A stretch of DNA of 64,000 bases, from positions 32,001 to 96,000 of the forward strand of contig JAVCBU010000012.1 of assembly GCA_037917685.1 (NCBI GenBank), read 5' to 3'. Positions 57,855 through 64,000 of this stretch are shown here, one piece after another. Under the pieces are notes generated by a model. It did not search any database. It saw nothing but the letters and a program-made list of their open reading frames with translations, and had not been told where the DNA came from. The position numbers and the translations under genes are program-made. Positions within the stretch are counted from its first letter, which is position 1. Every line of letters starts with the position of its first letter. The stretch is from Thermoproteota archaeon. GTDB taxonomy: Archaea; Korarchaeota; Korarchaeia; Korarchaeales; JAOZGB01.

Positions 57855-59186
57855 TTACTTCTTTCTCATCATTAGTGCGGCTATGGCTATTATAATCACT
57901 ATTACTACCACTACAGCTATTATCAGCCCTGTCTTCGGCTTCTCCTCGGGTGGAGGAGTAGTCGGGGCAGGAGTCGTAGTCGGAGGAGCTGTAGTAGTCG
58001 GGGCAGGAGTCGTAGTCGGAGGAGCGAAGGTAAACTTACCCATGTATTCAGCTCTAAGGTCTTGAATTGTGTCTGGAGACGGTACCGGAACCTCTATCTC
58101 ACCATTGATTATTTTGTTCTTAAGCTCGTCGATTTTGCTCTGGTACTGGGCGAGGTAGGTATTGTACATATTGGTAACTTTAGCCTTAATGTCGTTGATC
58201 TCTTCATCGCTATATCCAGCATTCTTTAGGAAGTCAGCCCAAATCTCCATGTCCTCTGGAGTTGTAATCCCGACGCCCCCCTCCTTAAGCCCTAGTGAGA
58301 GGATTCCAGGCTCAAACTCTCCCTTTACAGCCTTCATCACGGCAAGTTCTACGCCGTAGTCCACCTTCTTCCTCATGGAGCATAGTACGTAGCCGGGATG
58401 AATATAGTCCTGGTCTGCGTCGACACCAATGCTGAATATAGGCTTCCCGGTTGCAATGGCACGGTCGTAGCATGCATCAAGTACGCCAAGCCCAGTTGCA
58501 CCAGCAGCGGCATATATAACATCAAACCCCTGGTCCAAAAACGTGGTAGCGGCCTCTCTACCCTTGCTCGGGTCTCCAAAAGTACCAGTGTAGACATATG
58601 CTATTTCAATGTCCTTTCCAAGCTCCTTAGCCATCCATTTAGCACCAAAGGCATATCCTATTTCAAACTTCCAAAGTATCGGGATTTCCATACCAAGAAC
58701 GACAGCTACCTTACCCGTTGATGTAACGGCTGCGGCAGCCGCTCCTACTAGAGCTGAACCCTCATTCTCCCTGAAAACTATTGACATAACGTTGGGCTGG
58801 TCAACAACAGCGTCTATAATCATGTAGTGTTGATCAGGATACTTAGGTGCCGTCTTATTCAACGCATCAGTCCAAAGGAAGCCAATGCAGCATAGAATGT
58901 CGTATCTGCCACTTTCAGAGAAAGTGGCCAGTTGAGTCTCATACTCAGCTGATGAAGCAGGAGTGAACTCTGTCACGTGTACCGTGTACCCTTCCTGTTC
59001 AAGCTTGTTCTTTGCAACCTCTGCACCGTAGGCAGCCATATCGTTAAAGCTTAGGTCCCCTCTCCCGCCGATGTCGAAGAGTACTGCTACGAGATGCTCT
59101 TCCTGGCCTACAGTAAGGGTTGAGGGAATTATTGAAAGAATAGCTACAGCTAGCAGAAGCCCGGTTAACTCATATTTCACTTTCAT
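57855..59186 (-). CDS. BMP-family (purine nucleoside) substrate-binding protein with C-terminal P/T linker and TM anchor
   Basis: GGRGDLSFND, FRENEGS.L.G, IGVDADQ, SMRK. Confidence 0.92.
   Translation of the reverse strand: MKVKYELTGLLLAVAILSIIPSTLTVGQEEHLVAVLFDIGGRGDLSFNDMAAYGAEVAKNKLEQEGYTVHVTEFTPASSAEYETQLATFSESGRYDILCCIGFLWTDALNKTAPKYPDQHYMIIDAVVDQPNVMSIVFRENEGSALVGAAAAAVTSTGKVAVVLGMEIPILWKFEIGYAFGAKWMAKELGKDIEIAYVYTGTFGDPSKGREAATTFLDQGFDVIYAAAGATGLGVLDACYDRAIATGKPIFSIGVDADQDYIHPGYVLCSMRKKVDYGVELAVMKAVKGEFEPGILSLGLKEGGVGITTPEDMEIWADFLKNAGYSDEEINDIKAKVTNMYNTYLAQYQSKIDELKNKIINGEIEVPVPSPDTIQDLRAEYMGKFTFAPPTTTPAPTTTAPPTTTPAPTTPPPEEKPKTGLIIAVVVVIVIIIAIAALMMRKK
57958..58025. repeat. Two copies of a 32-nt sequence at 36-nt period encoding the P/T linker
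   Basis: GTAGTCGGGGCAGGAGTCGTAGTCGGAGGAGC at 57958 and 57994. Confidence 0.85.
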
Positions 59187-59339
59187 CCCCCAGGTTCTTT
59201 ATGACGTTAGGGATTGTGAAATTTAAATTTTTTTGCAACGCATCGTTTAACGATTCGGCTAATGTTTAATCTTAATCTTCAGTTTATAACATGTAACCAG
59301 GCTTGCTAGGATTAACCTTGATCTCCTATCTCTTAGATA

Positions 59340-59711
59340 CTACCTGTTTTTTATGAGCAGCCAGTTTTCGTCTTTTCCAGATATTCGTGCTCTTACGAGC
59401 GTGTACCTTCCATTCAGTTTAGACCCGTGAAAGACGATGGATATTTTATCACTGCTTAACTCTTTAATCTCGTAGGTTCCCTTATCCCATATCAAAACCT
59501 TACCTGCACCATATTGGCCAGGAGGTATCTCCCCTTCAAAATTCAAGTATTCTAGCATATGATCCTCAACCTGTACAGCCAGCCTTCTAGTCCCAGGGGT
59601 GAGTGGAGGACCCTTAGGCAGGGCCCAAGACCTGAGCACACCCTTCATCTCAAGCCTTAAATCCCAGTGAAGCTTCCGAGCATGATGCTCATGGACGACA
59701 AATCTCGGCAT
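59340..59711 (-). CDS. Stand-alone LigD-type 3'-phosphoesterase (PE) domain
   Basis: FVVHEH.A..LHWDLRLE, SWALPKGP, RLAVQVEDH, YGAG.V.IWD.G. Confidence 0.93.
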   Translation of the reverse strand: MPRFVVHEHHARKLHWDLRLEMKGVLRSWALPKGPPLTPGTRRLAVQVEDHMLEYLNFEGEIPPGQYGAGKVLIWDKGTYEIKELSSDKISIVFHGSKLNGRYTLVRARISGKDENWLLIKNR

Positions 59712-59838
59712 AACCCTTTTAAGATTAATCCTGGCACCATTTAAATATAAACTCCATAAAGAAGAGAAATAGAAGGAGAGCAGAGTATTATTCTATAGTT
59801 GCTCCTTAATCTTATAGGTTTGCGGTGGTTATTGAAGG

Positions 59839-60864
59839 ATGGAGGGAAGAAGTATTACTTTTAGGCGGCCTAGGCCTTGTGGGTTAACCGTTCACCCTTC
59901 GATCGGTTGTCCCTATAAATGTTTCTATTGCTATCTTCCGGAGCTTGGCGTCGGCTGGACGCCGAGGGTTTCAGAATTATCTGGCGAAGGGCTTGTAGAG
60001 ATGGTTCTGGCTAACAGGTATTTTGTCAAGGGGAGGAATGGTACTTTCCTTGCTTTCGGTAGCCTCGGAGAACCCTTTCTACCCGGCCAGGTTGCTGATA
60101 AGACCCTTGAGCTTATCTCTGCTGTTAAGACAGGGCTTGGCAATCCGATTCAGGTGTCCACTAAGGCTGTAGTGCCTAAGAGTAGTGTTCTATCCGGCAT
60201 TAGTATACTCATTACAGTAGTAACGTTGAAACGTTGGGAGGAGATTGAACCCTATTCTACGCCTCCGGAGGTTAGATTGGAGAATTTTGGGAGAGTTTAC
60301 TCCATCGGTGGGGTACCGGCCTTGTTTGTCAGGCCTATCATTCCAGGGATCACTGATGTTGAGATTTACGATATTTTAAGGGCTGCAGCGAGACACGGTT
60401 GTAGATATGCAGTATTCGGCGGGTTTAGGGTTACAAAGGGAATTGTTGACAGGCTTGCCGCGGCGGGGGTTGATGTCAGCCCTATCAAGGATAGGCTTCG
60501 AAGCAGGCTTGATGATACGCAGAGATATATCTACGGATGGGACCTTAAAGTTGAAGCTATGAGAGCCGCCGAGGAGACAGGTATTATTCCGCTTGGCTCG
60601 GCGTGCTGCGCTACTGCGGTAACATATGGCGTGGCGTGCACAGACCCTGTCTGGGTTTGGAGGAAGTGCACAGGATGCCCAAACAATTGTAGGGATAAGG
60701 TTCCTGATGAGGACTCTGTTATGGAGTTTCTAGCGTCGTTGAGAGTTCACGGAAGGGTTCTTGAGGATAAAATTATAGTGGAAAAGACGGATTATCGCCG
60801 GCTCAGGCTCTGGGAAAAGGTTAGAATTCAAACTTTCTCGAGAAGGTTTGTGGTGGCAGAGTAA
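59839..60864 (+). CDS. Radical SAM protein (SPL-like superfamily) with Cys-rich C-terminus
   Basis: GCPYKCFYCY, STK, RPIIPG, ACC..C..C..C..C. Confidence 0.8.
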   Translation: MEGRSITFRRPRPCGLTVHPSIGCPYKCFYCYLPELGVGWTPRVSELSGEGLVEMVLANRYFVKGRNGTFLAFGSLGEPFLPGQVADKTLELISAVKTGLGNPIQVSTKAVVPKSSVLSGISILITVVTLKRWEEIEPYSTPPEVRLENFGRVYSIGGVPALFVRPIIPGITDVEIYDILRAAARHGCRYAVFGGFRVTKGIVDRLAAAGVDVSPIKDRLRSRLDDTQRYIYGWDLKVEAMRAAEETGIIPLGSACCATAVTYGVACTDPVWVWRKCTGCPNNCRDKVPDEDSVMEFLASLRVHGRVLEDKIIVEKTDYRRLRLWEKVRIQTFSRRFVVAE

Positions 60865-60898
60865 CTATTTAAACTTGCATAGTGTACTCAGGCAATAG

Positions 60899-61264
60899 AT
60901 GGGTATAGAAGAAATTAAAAAGGTAATCAGCAACCTTATGGCGTTTGATAGCCATATTAAAGCTGTTGTTCTAGCAACGGCTGATGGCCTCGAATATCTA
61001 ACTGTTGGGAATGTAGATGGAGAAAGTCTTTCGGCTATTTCAGCTGTTATATTTGCTGCAACCCAGACTGCTGGCAAAAGGAGCGGTATGGGTGTTCCCT
61101 CGCAGGTTATCGTTAGGTTTGAAAGTGGATACTTCCTCATCAGGAAGATTAGTGAGGAGCTTGTCCTATGCGTTGTCTCTGATTCTGAAAGGCCTCCAAG
61201 CCATGTGTTTCTTGCTGAAATTGAGATGCTTGAGGGAAATGTTAAGAGGATTTTAGGCGGATAA
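60899..61264 (+). CDS. Roadblock/LC7 (MglB-like) protein
   Basis: AVVLATADGL...LSAISA pattern, 121 aa. Confidence 0.75.
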   Translation: MGIEEIKKVISNLMAFDSHIKAVVLATADGLEYLTVGNVDGESLSAISAVIFAATQTAGKRSGMGVPSQVIVRFESGYFLIRKISEELVLCVVSDSERPPSHVFLAEIEMLEGNVKRILGG

Positions 61265-61267
61265 AAA

Positions 61268-61972
61268 CTACACAAGAGGTGGAGCAACCTCTAGAAGTTT
61301 TGACGCCAGGGATACTGCTACTGGTATGCTTAGATTGTCCTCTACACCGTATAGTTCTACTATTGACGATATTAAGGCGAGTATGCAAGCTTTAGGGAGG
61401 CTTGTAAGAAATACTAAAATTGAAAGGTATGATACGTAGCCGGCTAGGAGGCCTTCTAGCGAGCCGTTTGAGTATGGTATTTTATGTCTCCCATATATGC
61501 TTCCTATCAGGGAGGAGTATACATCTGTGGTTGCCATTGCGACCACGCCGTAGAAAACGTGTGAATTCACTAGTAGGTAGGCAACTGCAACTCCTATGGT
61601 CCCGTTTACAAGGCCAAAGTATCCTGCTTTCCACTCGTATTCCCTCATCATTAGATGTATTGTTTTTTCAACTGAATCCATGATTTCTTCTATTCTTTTA
61701 CCGATTGGCAGCTCCCTAGCTTTACGCCTGATCTCTCTAAGCCTACTCTCGGGAATTGGGCTTTTAACCCTGAAAGCATTTAATATCGCAGCCCAGAACA
61801 AGATCTGAGCGTAGATTATACCAGGTGATAGCATATAGTAGATTGGCCATGGGAGGCTTACAGGAAACAGTAAATCTGCAATATCCCTTAAGTATAATGG
61901 AAGGGATAGCAAAAGTGCAAGTAGCATGTGAATAAATTTCCTAAGAATCAGTCCTTTGATATTGCCCTCCAT
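61268..61972 (-). CDS. Dolichol/phytol kinase-like membrane protein
   Basis: RKFIH, D..SSLIG..YG..K, SLEG, DNL.IP. Confidence 0.8.
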   Translation of the reverse strand: MEGNIKGLILRKFIHMLLALLLSLPLYLRDIADLLFPVSLPWPIYYMLSPGIIYAQILFWAAILNAFRVKSPIPESRLREIRRKARELPIGKRIEEIMDSVEKTIHLMMREYEWKAGYFGLVNGTIGVAVAYLLVNSHVFYGVVAMATTDVYSSLIGSIYGRHKIPYSNGSLEGLLAGYVSYLSILVFLTSLPKACILALISSIVELYGVEDNLSIPVAVSLASKLLEVAPPLV

Positions 61973-62007
61973 AACATTTATTTTCAGCCCTTGGAAGATT
62001 ATTAAGT

Positions 62008-62436
62008 TTGAGGAGGCACGATAGGATGGAAGACGAAAAAGCTTTTCTCGCCGCGACTATGGTTATAATATCATTAATGGCAGTGAAGTACACTTTTTTT
62101 GAAGAGCATACAGGCTATTACGTATTGTATATAGTCGGAAAGGACGGCACTCTTGAAAGTCTTAGAAGGGACGCTAAAGTTGGAGAGCCTTACTTTTTCA
62201 AAGTCTTTCTCAGGAACGAACTTGGCTATAAGGAAGAGTTTAATATTGAAGTATTTGTTCACGAGGAACCCATAATCTCCGCCCGTAGAATGATCGATGA
62301 TGGGGATTACGAGATTATATATTTCGCAATACAGTTTAGGGAAGCTGGACCATGCTGGTTCCATGTTGTATGCACTCCAGCTTCAAATCCCAGTTTGAAG
62401 AAGACGCTGTCGGTGAAAATCAATGTTGAAGGTTAA
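62008..62436 (+). CDS. DUF1616-like membrane-anchored Ig-fold protein
   Basis: TM then LYIVGKDG..., VGEP, L.NE. Confidence 0.55.
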   Translation: MRRHDRMEDEKAFLAATMVIISLMAVKYTFFEEHTGYYVLYIVGKDGTLESLRRDAKVGEPYFFKVFLRNELGYKEEFNIEVFVHEEPIISARRMIDDGDYEIIYFAIQFREAGPCWFHVVCTPASNPSLKKTLSVKINVEG

Positions 62437-63799
62437 GAGGATGCTGGGCCCCTTCTTATGGTATATTGGAATATTCTACCTAGGCTTCATGGCAAGGCTT
62501 ATACCGGAGGTAGCACATGGGTACTTTCCTGTTGGCTGGGACGCAGCTGCATATGTAGAGACTATTGAAAACTGGAACTGGAAAACTGTTCGAAAGTGGT
62601 TTCCAACCCTACTTCCCTTATACTTGATGAAGGCCTTGAAAAGGTTAACAGGGATTTCTGCTATCGATGCCGTTAAACTTTTCCCACCAATGATTCAGGG
62701 TTTAACCTGTGTAGGGGTTTACATGGTGGGATGTAGAATATCGGATAGGAAATCCGCCGTGTACGGCGTAATCTTTGCAGCTTTATCTCCATTCAGCCTT
62801 GAAATCTCTAATGGATACCTTAGAAACATGTTTGGATGTATGATATTACTATTCTCCCTCTATATCATCTCACATAGGGGATGGTATAGAGGGATTTCTG
62901 TCCCAGTACTGTCTCTAGCAACCTTCCTATCCCACCAGCTAGCCGCTGTCTATTTTGGATTATTTGCCTTATCGTTTTATGTGATAATGCTGTTTAAGAG
63001 GAGAATTGAAAAAGTAGAGATCTTAACTTTGGTCCTAGCGACTTTCCTTGTAGGGGTAGGGGGGTACATTTTTTATCCCCATATAGCATGGTATATTAAA
63101 GCCTATAATGAGGCAGCCCTCCTCAGAATTAAAACAAGTGTCCCGGAGTGGTCGATACAGTTAATAGATATTCCAGAATACACCACCAGGTATTTGCCTG
63201 TTATCGCTCCCTTATCAATCCTTTCGTTAAAAAGGTTGAAGTATGAAAAAGCCTTACCGCTGTATATTTTTATAGCGGTTGGGTTCCTACTCTCATTGAC
63301 ATCAGAGTATGGCATACACCTTATCTCAGTAAGGTTTCTCTTCATGCTCAGCTATGGACTTGCGATGATGGCCGGTGTAGGGCTGTCATGGGTGGAAGAC
63401 GCTTTTTCAAGATTTGACAGGTTTAAAATTTTCAATTTAACGGTTATACTATTAACCTTTACACTCTACTATAGCTATCTACCTAGGATTAGGCCTGTAG
63501 TCAGTCAAACGGAGATTGAAGCCGTAAGGTATGTTGGGATGCATTGTAAACAAAATACTACTGTAGCTATATCACCATGGCTTATAGCAGTAACCTACTA
63601 TTATAGACATGAGACGAAGCTCTACGTGTGGACAGATAAACCTGAAAATATAGACTTAGTCTCGGAGTTAAGATGGCCCTCATGTATAATATTGGATTCT
63701 AGGCTAAAGTATCTCGTTAGTACTGGGGCATTGAAGCTTCCTAAGGGGTATTCGACTGTTTTCATAGCGGGTAAAACGAGTGTGGTGGTGGGAGGTTGA
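62423..63799 (+). CDS. Multi-pass membrane protein, GT-C glycosyltransferase-like
   Basis: GWD..AY early loop, RN..G, SHQL, ~11 TMs and a soluble C-terminal domain. Confidence 0.6.
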   Translation: MLKVKRMLGPFLWYIGIFYLGFMARLIPEVAHGYFPVGWDAAAYVETIENWNWKTVRKWFPTLLPLYLMKALKRLTGISAIDAVKLFPPMIQGLTCVGVYMVGCRISDRKSAVYGVIFAALSPFSLEISNGYLRNMFGCMILLFSLYIISHRGWYRGISVPVLSLATFLSHQLAAVYFGLFALSFYVIMLFKRRIEKVEILTLVLATFLVGVGGYIFYPHIAWYIKAYNEAALLRIKTSVPEWSIQLIDIPEYTTRYLPVIAPLSILSLKRLKYEKALPLYIFIAVGFLLSLTSEYGIHLISVRFLFMLSYGLAMMAGVGLSWVEDAFSRFDRFKIFNLTVILLTFTLYYSYLPRIRPVVSQTEIEAVRYVGMHCKQNTTVAISPWLIAVTYYYRHETKLYVWTDKPENIDLVSELRWPSCIILDSRLKYLVSTGALKLPKGYSTVFIAGKTSVVVGG

Positions 63800-64000
63800 A
63801 CAAAATAAAAGGAGACATCTGGTTTCTAGTCCTCCTTCTAGGACTCTATCTTATTCTATCCCTGCTTACACTTTCCTCGACGGAAGTTCTCCCGTTTATG
63901 AAGATTGGGAACTTGGCATACCTTTCCCCCTCAAAGGGGAGCATTTTCTACGTACTGTTAGCTATAGCAATCTACTATCTGACAGGAAGCCGTCTAAACG
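63796..64000 (+). CDS. Membrane protein, 5' part (runs off window)
   Basis: TTG overlapping the previous stop; open hydrophobic frame to window end. Confidence 0.5.
   Translation, partial: MNKIKGDIWFLVLLLGLYLILSLLTLSSTEVLPFMKIGNLAYLSPSKGSIFYVLLAIAIYYLTGSRLN

Noticed and set aside
57950-58030. Repeat as a CRISPR array
   Set aside because: In-frame coding duplication of a P/T linker; no spacers or cas genes
59242-59254. Palindrome ATCGTTTAACGAT upstream of the ABC operon
   Set aside because: Possible operator, but a single short instance could be chance

Overview
Archaeal chromosomal segment, most likely TACK/Thermoproteota-like (inferred from archease-RtcB, archaeal ThrRS editing fold, C/D sRNAs, TATA boxes and GGTGA/GGAGG ribosome-binding sites). 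About 55 intact CDSs and at least 6 gene remnants; no rRNA, canonical tRNA, CRISPR array or intact transposase was found. Main blocks: RNA/translation genes (two tandem C/D-box sRNAs, archease-RtcB, a stand-alone ThrRS editing domain, a HisRS with a large insertion translationally coupled to a degenerate EF-1alpha paralog and BtpA/SgcQ); a Tat-exported group 1 [NiFe]-hydrogenase module with HybA/NrfD partners and scrambled hyp genes; a putative quinone-tailoring cluster (MenA-like, long-chain prenyl synthase, decapitated UbiE/MenG, B12 radical SAM); a complete galactitol-family PTS; and a nucleoside-type ABC transporter. The two strongest novelty candidates are (i) an unannotated, TATA-driven ~155-nt structured RNA at 8415-8570 with an H/ACA-like 3' end and a 59-nt one-sided looped-out segment, and (ii) the HisRS / EF-1alpha pseudo-GTPase pair. 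All functional calls come from motif recognition by eye; no database searches or folding programs were run.
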